A DNA stretch of 64,000 nucleotides from an uncultured Ruminococcus sp. (GCA_964522215.1 CAZFVR010000002.1:53880-117879); one strand, 5' to 3'; positions 28,649 to 37,457 are shown, counted from the stretch's first letter. Numbers and translations are program-made. Notes: a model not told the origin generated them from the sequence alone.

Positions 28649-28747
28649 TTTTGCAGAGGCACTTTCCCGGCTGTAGAGCCGTAAAAGTCTCGATTTTGCG
28701 AAGTTGTGGCAACTATTTGGCAACAAAATTTCATTATTCATAAGTAA

Positions 28748-28795
28748 AGAGCTAACTGATTTTGATTAAGTCAGTTAGCTCTCTTTTTGTTTTCT
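28748..28795 (+). terminator. Rho-independent terminator of guaA
   Basis: Stem AGAGCTAACTGA/TCAGTTAGCTCT followed by CTTTTTGTTTT. Confidence 0.85.
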
Positions 28796-29130
28796 TTATT
28801 TTCTTTGTTGTCTAACTTGCAAAACGGCTTTCCGCGATGGGTTAGATGAAAGCCTTTATCAAAGCTCTTACGCTTTCTGGTGAAAATCCGTCCAAGGAAA
28901 TGCGTTGTTGTCCGAAAAGTGCAAAAAAGGTGTAAAAACGGCTCAAAAAATATGTTAAGTAGAGGAATTTATTTTTCTTCGTCTTTCAAAGCCTCAATGA
29001 GCATATCGCTGAGTTCCTGCGAAGGTACCTTTAAAGGCACGGCGCAGGCAGATGGCTTGCTTTTTCATTGTGCCGGATTACTTACGGATTTTTTGTGACC
29101 GGGCTCAGTTGGCCGATCGGAGGATCTATA

Positions 29131-30039
29131 TTACACATGCCTGAACCGTCCCATGCGGCAGACCACATCGGTAAAGCCGGTATGGGTAACCCCCAGCAGG
29201 GAATCTATCTCATCGGCTGCCTTTTGATAGTGCCCGGCAGTGTGGTGGACGAATATATAATCCGCTGTTTTTATCTTTCCTGCCGCCTGACGGCAAAAGC
29301 TTCTAACGGTGGCGGCAATGGCAAATACCCAAATCGGGGAACAGATCGTCACATGGTCATACCGCGTTAAGTCAATGTCGATCGGCTCAATGGGCATATC
29401 CCGGCGGTGCATGCCAAAGCGACCGCACCACCAGAAACCCGGTGTGCCGTCCGTTTTTTCTGTGGACTTTATCTCATAAATTTCTGCGCCTGTTCGGTTT
29501 GCGGCCTCAAAAGCGACCTTTTTCACGTATCCCATACGTGAAAAGTAGACCACAAGCTTTGTTTTGTCTGTACCGATATTTGGGTATTCCGCCGTATCGA
29601 CCGAAAAGCTCTCCTGCCGATAGAAAACGTATGCCGCATAGCCGGTCAGTGCTTGGCAAAGGCCAAAAATGAAATATGCCGTTGACAAAGCGTTCATCGG
29701 GAACATATAAAACTGAATGCAGATCCACAGCATCAGCGTCACTCCAAACGCTCCGCCCAAGACCACGCCAAGCTTTTTTCGCCTTATAAGCAGTACCGCC
29801 GCTGCCAGATTGGTTATTCCGTTGACGATCAGCAGGGCAATACCCGAAAATATATAGTCAACGAACAAAATGTCGGCAAACGGCAGCTTTTTAAAATACG
29901 GCAGCATGGCATCCATATGCAAAAGCTTGCCCGAGGGGTCAAAAAGCATACACGCCCCGCCCCACACCGCGCCGAGGCCGACAAACAGCGTCCAAAATAT
30001 CAGCCATTTTCGTGTTGTATCATATCTTGATCTTTTCAT
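29131..30039 (-). CDS. Membrane protein with C-terminal flavodoxin-like domain
   Basis: Four or five N-terminal TM helices, then ..KLVVYFSRMGYVKKVAFEAANRTGAEIYEIKS..PIWVFAIAATVRSF.. (flavodoxin-like fold). I prefer ATG 30039 (SD AAGGA) over GTG 30060. Confidence 0.65.
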   Translation of the reverse strand: MKRSRYDTTRKWLIFWTLFVGLGAVWGGACMLFDPSGKLLHMDAMLPYFKKLPFADILFVDYIFSGIALLIVNGITNLAAAVLLIRRKKLGVVLGGAFGVTLMLWICIQFYMFPMNALSTAYFIFGLCQALTGYAAYVFYRQESFSVDTAEYPNIGTDKTKLVVYFSRMGYVKKVAFEAANRTGAEIYEIKSTEKTDGTPGFWWCGRFGMHRRDMPIEPIDIDLTRYDHVTICSPIWVFAIAATVRSFCRQAAGKIKTADYIFVHHTAGHYQKAADEIDSLLGVTHTGFTDVVCRMGRFRHV

Positions 30040-30167
30040 ATGAGTTCGATCCTTTTTCACTCCAAAATGTTACCGGCATCGCATTTATGCGTACCGCAAT
30101 TACGAGCATATTATATCACAAAAGCCCTTCCAAAGCAATAAAAAACGGCGGGATGGTGAAAATATTT

Positions 30168-30231
30168 TGTCAAATATACTTGACACGGGTCTTTTGAAAT
30201 GATATAATATGCATGTCAAATATATTCGACA
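30168..30231 (+). promoter_or_regulatory. Promoter of the XRE gene flanked by two operator-like inverted repeats
   Basis: - Promoter: TTGACA (30180-30185), 17-nt spacer, TATAAT (30203-30208).
- TGTCAAATATACTTGACA (30168-30185) overlaps the -35.
- TGTCAAATATATTCGACA (30214-30231) lies just downstream of the -10. Confidence 0.6.
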
Positions 30232-30260
30232 TTAACGGCGCCGTATGAGGGAGTGAGGCA

Positions 30261-30452
30261 ATGAATGAAAAAATGAAGCAGGCAAGGCTTGCGCGGGGGC
30301 TGTCACAGGCGGATCTTGCCAAAAGCATCGGAGCTTCGCGGCAAACTGTCAATATGATAGAAAACGGAGGTTATAATCCTACGATCGAGCTTTGCATCCG
30401 CATTTGCCGCGAGCTTGGTGTAACGCTTAATGATCTGTTTTGGAGGGAATGA
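30261..30452 (+). CDS. XRE family helix-turn-helix transcriptional regulator (63 aa)
   Basis: ..RLARGLSQADLAKSIGASRQTVNMIENGGYNPTIELCIRICRELGVTLNDLF.. is a canonical Cro/C1-type HTH. Confidence 0.9.
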   Translation: MNEKMKQARLARGLSQADLAKSIGASRQTVNMIENGGYNPTIELCIRICRELGVTLNDLFWRE

Positions 30453-30456
30453 TACC

Positions 30457-30701
30457 ATGTTTTATGATGAAAGGATAGAGGCCGAGCACGGTCGTATTGC
30501 CAAGGGTGCGATAATGGTGGTTTTTTTGTTTCCTTGGTGCTTGCGGGGCTCCATATTGTAAATCTGCTAAGTAATGCAACGAGCATCGGCTATTACTGGT
30601 ATGCGCTTGTTGATGTTGCGGTGCTGCTTTGCACTTTTGCCGTCATCATGGCGACCGTTGCCCGCAAAATGGCGCGGCGGGAAATAGTCGGGGAGAAATA
30701 A
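30457..30701 (+). pseudogene. Small two-TM membrane protein gene (XRE partner) frameshifted at a T7 run
   Basis: ATG 30457 (SD GGAGGG) gives MFYDERIEAEHGRIAKGAIMVVF.. and stops at 30550-30552. One extra T in the run at 30521-30527 would continue the frame as ..VSLVLAGLHIVNLLSNATSIGYYWYALVDVAVLLCTFAVIMATVARKMARREIVGEK* (stop 30699-30701). Confidence 0.55.
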
Positions 30702-30833
30702 ATAAACGAAAAAACAAATAAACAAAAACGACAAAAAGTCAAATCTACATCATCGCCCTGACTGCGCTTGACCACGACTAAATATCCCCCTAAAAACGTC
30801 ATTTTGTTTATAAAAAAGATACAAGTAAAAATA

Positions 30834-30862
30834 TTGCACACGGGGCAAAAACGTGCTATAAT
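30834..30862 (+). promoter_or_regulatory. Promoter of the guaA-C paralog
   Basis: TTGCAC (30834-30839), 17-nt spacer, TGcTATAAT extended -10 (30854-30862). Confidence 0.6.
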
Positions 30863-30982
30863 GAACACGTCTGAAAAGGCAGGTCATTTTAAAGCATCCC
30901 AACCGCCACGCAAAAACGAGCCTACTTTCGCGGAGCCTCAAGCAGAGTTGGAATGGTGCAACAACGTTCAAGGAGAATTATC

Positions 30983-31960
30983 ATGAGTAATGTGCGTCCC
31001 GAATCAATGGCTCGAATAAACACCGTCGAGCTTGCAAATGCGTTCATAAACGAGCAGGTGAGCGCTATTCGCCAACAGGTTGGCGATAAAAAGGTACTGC
31101 TGGCACTATCCGGCGGAGTGGATTCCTCTGTCGTTGCCGCGTTGCTGATCAAAGCCATAGGTCGGCAGCTCTACTGCGTGCACGTCAACCATGGCCTTAT
31201 GCGCAAGGGTGAGAGCGAGCAGGTCATCGCCGTTTTCCGCGACCAAATGGATGCAAATCTTATATATGTGGATGCCACCGACAGATTTTTGGATCTGCTT
31301 GCGGGCGTCAGCGAGCCTGAGAGCAAGCGCAAGATCATTGGATCTGAGTTTATCCGCGTGTTTGACGAGGAGGCCGCAAAGCTTGACGGCATATCCTTCC
31401 TGGCACAGGGTACGATATACCCCGATATACTCGAATCAAAGGGCGTTAAGGCTCACCACAATGTGGGCGGCCTGCCCGAGGGCATGAAGATGGAGCTGGT
31501 AGAGCCTGTAAAACTGCTCTTTAAGGACGAGGTGCGCGTGGTCGGCGAGGCGCTTGGCCTGCCCCACAACATGGTCTACCGTCAGCCGTTCCCCGGCCCG
31601 GGACTTGGCGTGCGTTGCCTTGGTGCTATCACACGCGACAGACTTGCCGCACTGCGTGAGGCGGATGCCATCCTGCGCGAGGAGTTTGATAAAAACGGCC
31701 TGGCCGGCAAGGTGTGGCAGTATTTTATCGCCGTGCCGGACTTTAAGAGTGTCGGTGTGCGCGACGGTAAGAGATATGAGGGCTGGCCCGCGATCATCCG
31801 TGCCGTCAATACCACCGATGCCATGACCGCCACCATCGAGGAGATCCCCTACGCGCTCCTGCACCATATCACCGACCGCATCACACATGAGGTCGAGGGC
31901 ATCAACCGCGTTTGCCTTGATCTTACACCAAAGCCTATCGGAACCATAGAATGGGAATAA
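30983..31960 (+). CDS. GMP synthase-like ATP pyrophosphatase plus dimerisation domains only (no glutamine amidotransferase domain)
   Basis: 325 aa from ATG 30983 (SD AAGGAG). It has the P-loop LALSGGVDSSV and the C-terminal ..PKPIGTIEWE, and aligns along the whole synthetase half of the upstream GuaA. About half the residues are identical by eye. No GATase motifs are present. Confidence 0.85.
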   Translation: MSNVRPESMARINTVELANAFINEQVSAIRQQVGDKKVLLALSGGVDSSVVAALLIKAIGRQLYCVHVNHGLMRKGESEQVIAVFRDQMDANLIYVDATDRFLDLLAGVSEPESKRKIIGSEFIRVFDEEAAKLDGISFLAQGTIYPDILESKGVKAHHNVGGLPEGMKMELVEPVKLLFKDEVRVVGEALGLPHNMVYRQPFPGPGLGVRCLGAITRDRLAALREADAILREEFDKNGLAGKVWQYFIAVPDFKSVGVRDGKRYEGWPAIIRAVNTTDAMTATIEEIPYALLHHITDRITHEVEGINRVCLDLTPKPIGTIEWE

Positions 31961-31985
31961 AATAAGCAAAAACAAATAAAGTATT

Positions 31986-32010
31986 CGAAAAGCCGCATTG
32001 CGGCTTTTCG
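31986..32010. terminator. Terminator hairpin after the guaA-C paralog
   Basis: CGAAAAGCCG-CATTG-CGGCTTTTCG: a GC core flanked by complementary A and T tracts (bidirectional type). Confidence 0.7.
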
Positions 32011-32295
32011 AAAGGCCGCAGGTTAGCGGAAGCTAACCGATGCGGAGGCGCTGTTGTGAAGATAACATTTTGCGATCGCGCGGCGAAGAGCTATTGGTGC
32101 TTGGCAAGGGGGGATCCTAACACCGGTTAATATACTGTTTGCGGCAAGAAGTACTTTTGCGACTCCTCCTACCGTGCGTTATAGTGCGTATTTTCCTTGT
32201 AAACAGTATACAACGAATTTGTTACCGAATCGTCGCTGACTGCCGGCTTTCATTCCTGTTTGAGCTGACGCTTTAGCGGCAGAATGGAGATAAAT

Positions 32296-33351
32296 ATGAA
32301 AAAATATCTATGGCTGAAGATTCTCGTGTCGGTCGTGGGCGCAGTGATGCTTGCTGTGGCGGCACTTGTGGGCTACCTCACGGTAACCGAGTACCGCCCC
32401 GCGGATAGGCAGGCGGCGGATCTGTGGGAACGGCAGGATGGCGATGCCGTCTCCTCCGGCGCACAACTGACGATCTACAGCTGGAACATCGGCTACGCGG
32501 GGCTGGGAGCGGAGGCGGATTTCTTTATGGACGGCGGCAATAAAGTCAACCCCACCGAGGAGCAGGTGGCGGCAAATCTTGCGGCCATAGGACATGACAT
32601 CGCCTCCCGCCCTGCGGACGCGTGGCTGCTGCAGGAGGTGGATATAAACTCCTCCCGTACCGGGGGCGTGGACGAGCTGGGAGCTGTCTCACAGGCGTAT
32701 CGCGGCAATGCGGCGCTGGCGTATAACTATAAATGCGGCTTTGTGCCAATTCCGTGGCCGCCGATAGGCCGTGTGGCAAGCGGCATTGCAACGCTTACCG
32801 ATAAAGCGGTGGTGGGCACACCGGAGCGGATGGCCCTGCCGTGCCCGTTTTCATGGCCTGTCAGTACCGCAAACCTAAAGCGTTGCTTGCTGATCACGCG
32901 TTTGCCGGTGGAGGGCAGTGATCGCGAGGTCGTGCTTGTAAACCTGCACCTTGAGGCATATGATGACGGCGAGGGGAAGATAGCTCAAACCAAACAGCTG
33001 ATGGAGCTGCTCGCGGCGGAATACGAAAAGGGCAATTACGTTATCGCGGGCGGCGATTTTAACCAGGCTTTTCCCGGTACGTGGGATATATACCCGGCAA
33101 TCGGGGACGTGTGGATGCCCGGCAGCCTTGATGCGGCCGACCTGCCTGCAGGCTTTAGCTACGCCTATGACAGCTCTCGCGCCACCTGCCGTCTGCTTGA
33201 CCGCCCGCTTGATGCGGATAGCCAAAAATATGTGCTTGATGGCTTTATCATCTCCCCGAACGTCCGCCTCGACCGCGTGGAAACAGTGGACCTGAGCTTT
33301 AAAAACTCCGACCATAACCCCGTAAAATTGACCGTGACCCTCGCCCCGTGA
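32296..33351 (+). CDS. Endonuclease/exonuclease/phosphatase (EEP) family protein, N-terminally membrane-anchored
   Basis: MKKYLWLKILVSVVGAVMLAVAALVGYL TM anchor. EEP motifs ..IYSWNIGYAG.., ..LLQEVD.., ..GGDFNQ.. and ..SDHNPV.. are present. Start at ATG 32296 behind GGAG. Confidence 0.85.
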   Translation: MKKYLWLKILVSVVGAVMLAVAALVGYLTVTEYRPADRQAADLWERQDGDAVSSGAQLTIYSWNIGYAGLGAEADFFMDGGNKVNPTEEQVAANLAAIGHDIASRPADAWLLQEVDINSSRTGGVDELGAVSQAYRGNAALAYNYKCGFVPIPWPPIGRVASGIATLTDKAVVGTPERMALPCPFSWPVSTANLKRCLLITRLPVEGSDREVVLVNLHLEAYDDGEGKIAQTKQLMELLAAEYEKGNYVIAGGDFNQAFPGTWDIYPAIGDVWMPGSLDAADLPAGFSYAYDSSRATCRLLDRPLDADSQKYVLDGFIISPNVRLDRVETVDLSFKNSDHNPVKLTVTLAP

Positions 33352-33601
33352 GCGGCGCGTGCGCCGAGTATCGGAATGAAGAGCCGCCAAACGTCGAAAT
33401 GCCAACCAAGGGGGCTGATATCGATGGGTGGTAGATCCAAAAGTAATATGAGTGTCAAAATGTTGCTTTTGATCTGATGATGCGGAAATGAAAAAATGCG
33501 GAGGGCAGCAAAGAGGTGCGAGCATTTTATGAATGACGCGCCATCTTTCTTTGCGCTCTCCCGCTTTTTATATGTTTTTTTCGCATATTACGGTTTTTTT
33601 A

Positions 33602-33630
33602 TTGCGCGGGAGATTTTTTTGTTGTATAAT
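33602..33630 (+). promoter_or_regulatory. Promoter of trxA operon
   Basis: TTGCGC (33602-33607), 17-nt spacer, TATAAT (33625-33630). Confidence 0.6.
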
Positions 33631-33704
33631 AAGATCGGTGGGGCGCGGAGCCCTGCGACAAAATGTCATACCAAGGTATGACTGTGGAAAGGATAAAAGC
33701 GATC

Positions 33705-34028
33705 ATGGAGATAAAGCTTACAGCGGCCACGTATGACGAGGTCGTAGGCGGTGCGGACGGCACTGTGCTGATAGATTTTTGGGCGGAGTGGTGCGGTCCC
33801 TGCCGCATGATAGCCCCGATAATTGCGGAGGTCGCCGCCGAGCACCCCGAGATCACCGTTTGCAAGGTGAATGTTGACGAGGAGCCGGAGCTGGCAAACA
33901 GATTTGAAATTAAATTCATTCCCACTCTTGCGGTGCTGCGCGGCGGCCGTCTGCTTGACTCGGTAAGCAGATATATGGACAAGGCGGCTGTGCTTGAGTT
34001 CCTGCGTGCGGCGGAGGCTCGCGCATGA
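33705..34028 (+). CDS. trxA: Thioredoxin
   Basis: WCGPC active site (..LIDFWAEWCGPCRMIAP..). I place the start at ATG 33705 (MEIKLTAATYDEV); the track start is 33663. Confidence 0.9.
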   Translation: MEIKLTAATYDEVVGGADGTVLIDFWAEWCGPCRMIAPIIAEVAAEHPEITVCKVNVDEEPELANRFEIKFIPTLAVLRGGRLLDSVSRYMDKAAVLEFLRAAEARA

Positions 34029-34234
34029 AGCCCGCGATAAGGCTTAACGAGGATGCCGCCGTTGTGGCGGCGGTGAAAGAGGGACTGCGCCGCACGGGCG
34101 GGTACTGTCCCTGCGTGCGTGAGCAGAGTGAGGATACAAAATGCATCTGCCGCGCTTTTCGCGAGCAGATGGCTGATCCTGATTTTGAGGGCTACTGCCA
34201 CTGCATGCTCTATTATAAAGCAAAGGAAAAATGA
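34025..34234 (+). CDS. Ferredoxin-thioredoxin reductase catalytic-subunit-like small Cys-rich protein
   Basis: 69 aa with CPC..CIC..CHC triplets (..GGYCPCVREQSEDTKCICRAF..EGYCHCMLYY). ATGA overlap with the trxA stop indicates translational coupling. Confidence 0.65.
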   Translation: MKPAIRLNEDAAVVAAVKEGLRRTGGYCPCVREQSEDTKCICRAFREQMADPDFEGYCHCMLYYKAKEK

Positions 34235-34328
34235 TCGATCGCAAAGCTGTGCTTTGATCGGTCAAGAAAGAATCAAGCGGGGTATCCCGCAGGCACTGAT
34301 TCAAGCTTAAGATAAACGGAGGTCCACC

Positions 34329-35243
34329 ATGGAAAAACTTACACCCGTGCAGCTGATCGAGGCGCTTCGAGACTGCGGGCGAAAAAGGATCATTCTTGAT
34401 ACCGATGCGTATAACGAGGTAGATGACCAGTATGCTATTGCCTACGCCATGCTGTCCGACGACAGAGTTGAGATATCATCGATAAACGCCGCACCGTTTT
34501 TTAACAGGCGGTCATCATCAGCGGCAGACGGTATGGAAAAGAGCAGGCGTGAGATATTTCATATTACCAAGCTAACAGACGCGAAAAAAGCGGAGTCGAT
34601 ACCCGTATACCGCGGTTCGGAGCGGTTTATGACCGCGCGCGGGGATCTTGTGGAGTCGGAGGCCTGCGATAATATCATCCGCACCGTAATGGAGAGTGAC
34701 GAGCGCGTTTATATAGTGTCGATAGGAGCTATCACCAACGTTGCGGCCGCCATCATAAAAGAGCCGCGCATATGCGAGCGTGCCGCGCTGATCTGGCTTG
34801 GCGGGCATGCCTTGGACTATCCCGATACGCGCGAATTTAATCTGCGGCAGGATATCCCCGCGGCGCAAACGGTATTTGATTCTAAAATGCCGCTTTTGCA
34901 GATCCCCTGCAACGGCGTTTGCAGTGCCTTTATCACTACCATCCCGGAGGTGGAATACTACCTGCGCGGCAAGGGAGAGCTTTGCGATTACCTTTGTGAT
35001 ATCACCGCATCATATACCGACCGGCCCTACGGTTGGTCAAAGGTGATATGGGATGTTACCGCCGTGGCGTGCCTGACAAAACCGGAGGCACTTGATATGG
35101 TAGTACTGCCGCGCCCATATGTAACATCCGATTGCCGCTATGCCTTTGATGCCGCGCGCGAGCCGTTCGTTTATGTTCGCAGTATACACCGCGACCCGAT
35201 ATATGCCGATCTGTTTTGTAAGCTTTCCGGCATAGGTGAGTGA
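34329..35243 (+). CDS. Nucleoside hydrolase (IUNH family)
   Basis: N-terminal aspartate cluster ..IILDTDAYNEVDDQYAIAYAM... 304 aa. Confidence 0.85.
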   Translation: MEKLTPVQLIEALRDCGRKRIILDTDAYNEVDDQYAIAYAMLSDDRVEISSINAAPFFNRRSSSAADGMEKSRREIFHITKLTDAKKAESIPVYRGSERFMTARGDLVESEACDNIIRTVMESDERVYIVSIGAITNVAAAIIKEPRICERAALIWLGGHALDYPDTREFNLRQDIPAAQTVFDSKMPLLQIPCNGVCSAFITTIPEVEYYLRGKGELCDYLCDITASYTDRPYGWSKVIWDVTAVACLTKPEALDMVVLPRPYVTSDCRYAFDAAREPFVYVRSIHRDPIYADLFCKLSGIGE

Positions 35244-35388
35244 CGAGGTATCGTCGAGCGGATACGGGACCGAACGGACCGATGATCGAATAAAAGCAAA
35301 ATACCCAAAATAAATTCCCCTATAAAAATAACAGCCGGTCGATATGGCGGGCAAAGCCTGCCGCGATCGGAGAAGAGGAGATCACACC

Positions 35389-37269
35389 ATGTCTAAAAAT
35401 GTAAATCTGATCTGCGAAGATCATGCGCTCCTGACTGCCGCCTCCGAGCTTGCCCCAATGCTTGGTCTGCGCCGCAGCACCTCCGGAACCATGGTCAGGG
35501 TCACCAAGGGAGACGAGCTGTCCGTTTGCCGCGAGGGCGACGGATATATCCTCACATACCGCAAAAAACATGAGTTTTTCCGAGGACTTTCCCTTCTTGC
35601 CACTGCGATGACGGATGGCGAGGATCACCGTGAGGTAGGGCGGTGCGATATGCTTTGCTATATGGCAGACGCCTCCCGCAACGCCGTGCCGAGTCTTGAG
35701 GGTGCCAAAAAGCTCATTCGCCTTTTGGCGGCGATGGGATATGACTCTTTTATGCTCTACACCGAGGATACATATGAGGTAAAGGATCACCCCTACTTTG
35801 GTCGTATGCGCGGTCGTTACAGTGCAGAGGAGCTGCGCGAGATAGATGACTATGCCGATATGTTTGGTATTGAGGTTATCCCCTGCATCCAAACCTTGGC
35901 TCACCTTGCCACCGCCCTGCGCTGGCCGGGAATGTCCAAGATCTGGGACTGCGATGATATCCTCATGGTCGGCGAGGAGCGCACATATGACTTCATACGT
36001 GCCTGCCTTGAGACCTGCCGTGGCGTGTTCCGCTCAAACAGGATCAACATCGGTATGGATGAGGCGCACATGCTCGGACGCGGCAGATACCTGACTCACA
36101 ACGGCCATCGCCCGGCGTCCGAGATAATGCTTGAGCATCTTGAACGTGTTGCCGCGATGTGCGCCGAGGTGGGCTACAGCCCCATGATGTGGAGCGATAT
36201 GTTCTTCCGTATGGCGTTTGGCGGCGCTTATCGCGTTCGCGAGGGGGAGATATCTCCCGAGATAATGGCAAAGGTCCCCAAAAACGTGACACTTGTTTAC
36301 TGGGATTATTATTCGCTTGATCGCCAGATCTTTGATCATATGGTCGAGTGCCATCAAAAATTCGATAATCCGCTCGTGTTTGCGGGCGGCGCGTGGAAGT
36401 GGTCGGGCTTTGCACCGCACAATGCGTTCTCGCTTGCATCTACCCGTTTGCAGCTTGACTCCTGCGCCGAGCACGGACTGTCCGGCGTTATAGTAACAGG
36501 CTGGGGAGATAACGGCGGCGAGGCATCGCAATTTTCCACCCTGCCTACTCTGCTTTATTTTGCCGAGCGGCTCTATCACGGCGAGGCGACGGATGACCTA
36601 TGGCTTGAGGCGCGTGCTCGCACTATCTTTGGCATGGGATTCTCTGAGCTTATGCTGCTTGATCTGCCAAATGCGCTCCCGGGAACATCCCCAAGCGAGA
36701 TGTCGCACCCGGTCTGCCCCTCGAAATATCTGCTCTTTAACGATCCGCTGGAGGGGCTGATGGACCGGCATGTCGGTGACGAAGCACCCGAGTTTTACAA
36801 AAATGCTGCCGCGCGCCTGCTTGAGCATGCGTCGAATGAGCGGTGGGGGTATATCTTCCGCACACTCGGTACACTTTGCGCACTGCTGGCGGATAAGTGC
36901 GATCTTACCCTGCGCATTCGCGCCGCGTATCTTGACGGCGACCGCGAGGCCGTGCGCCGCCTGGCACACAGGGATATACCCGCGATAATCAGCGAGCTTG
37001 ATGAGTTTGTGGATGCGTTCCGCCGTCAATGGTATGCCGAAAACAAGACCTTTGGTTTTTCGGCACAGGAACAGCGCCTTGGTGGGCTTCGCTTGCGCCT
37101 TGGATCCACTATGCTGCGGCTTGATGCATGGCTTGACGGTGAGGTGGAGTGCATAGCCGAGCTTGAGGAGCCGATCCTCTCAATGGACGGTCGCGGAGCG
37201 GACGATGAGCGCTCACCCTATATCAATTACAATAACTGGGAGCGCATCATCGGCGCGGGCATCGTTTGA
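35389..37269 (+). CDS. Beta-N-acetylhexosaminidase (glycoside hydrolase family 20)
   Basis: ..MLYTEDTYEV..YFGRMRGRYSAEELREIDDYADMFGIEVIPCIQTLAHL.. and the catalytic-region ..INIGMDEAHMLG... Start at ATG 35389 behind GAGGAG. No signal peptide. Confidence 0.8.
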   Translation: MSKNVNLICEDHALLTAASELAPMLGLRRSTSGTMVRVTKGDELSVCREGDGYILTYRKKHEFFRGLSLLATAMTDGEDHREVGRCDMLCYMADASRNAVPSLEGAKKLIRLLAAMGYDSFMLYTEDTYEVKDHPYFGRMRGRYSAEELREIDDYADMFGIEVIPCIQTLAHLATALRWPGMSKIWDCDDILMVGEERTYDFIRACLETCRGVFRSNRINIGMDEAHMLGRGRYLTHNGHRPASEIMLEHLERVAAMCAEVGYSPMMWSDMFFRMAFGGAYRVREGEISPEIMAKVPKNVTLVYWDYYSLDRQIFDHMVECHQKFDNPLVFAGGAWKWSGFAPHNAFSLASTRLQLDSCAEHGLSGVIVTGWGDNGGEASQFSTLPTLLYFAERLYHGEATDDLWLEARARTIFGMGFSELMLLDLPNALPGTSPSEMSHPVCPSKYLLFNDPLEGLMDRHVGDEAPEFYKNAAARLLEHASNERWGYIFRTLGTLCALLADKCDLTLRIRAAYLDGDREAVRRLAHRDIPAIISELDEFVDAFRRQWYAENKTFGFSAQEQRLGGLRLRLGSTMLRLDAWLDGEVECIAELEEPILSMDGRGADDERSPYINYNNWERIIGAGIV

Positions 37270-37344
37270 TCTCGCGGTCCTGTAGGCGTCGATCGCGGTC
37301 TACCGATGAAGCTTGGCCGAGAATAAAATAAAACGATATCAAAA

Positions 37345-37390
37345 GCATCTGCCGTGCGGGCGATAAGTCCGCCGGCGGATGCTTTTTGCT
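37345..37390 (+). terminator. Rho-independent terminator
   Basis: GCATCTGCCG..CGGCGGATGC stem followed by TTTTTGCTTT. Confidence 0.75.
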
Positions 37391-37457
37391 TTACCGCGCG
37401 GGAGAATTATATTATCATCTTTTATTTTCGATATCTGCGTAAAGATTTAATTTGTAC

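Noticed and set aside
28880-29098. 72-aa ORF and several short frames in the gap downstream of guaA.
   Set aside because: There are no ribosome-binding sites and no recognisable motifs. The frames are interrupted by stops and are more consistent with gene remnants.
28630-31960. Idea that an integrative element (ICE/Tn5801-like) is integrated at the guaA 3-prime end, flanked by 19-nt direct repeats AACCATAGARTGGGAATAA.
   Set aside because: No integrase, excisionase, relaxase or conjugation genes are present. Both repeats are the last six codons (T-I-E-W-E-stop) of two homologous ORFs, so coding constraint explains them. Only the weaker 'decayed insert' reading is kept, as a finding.
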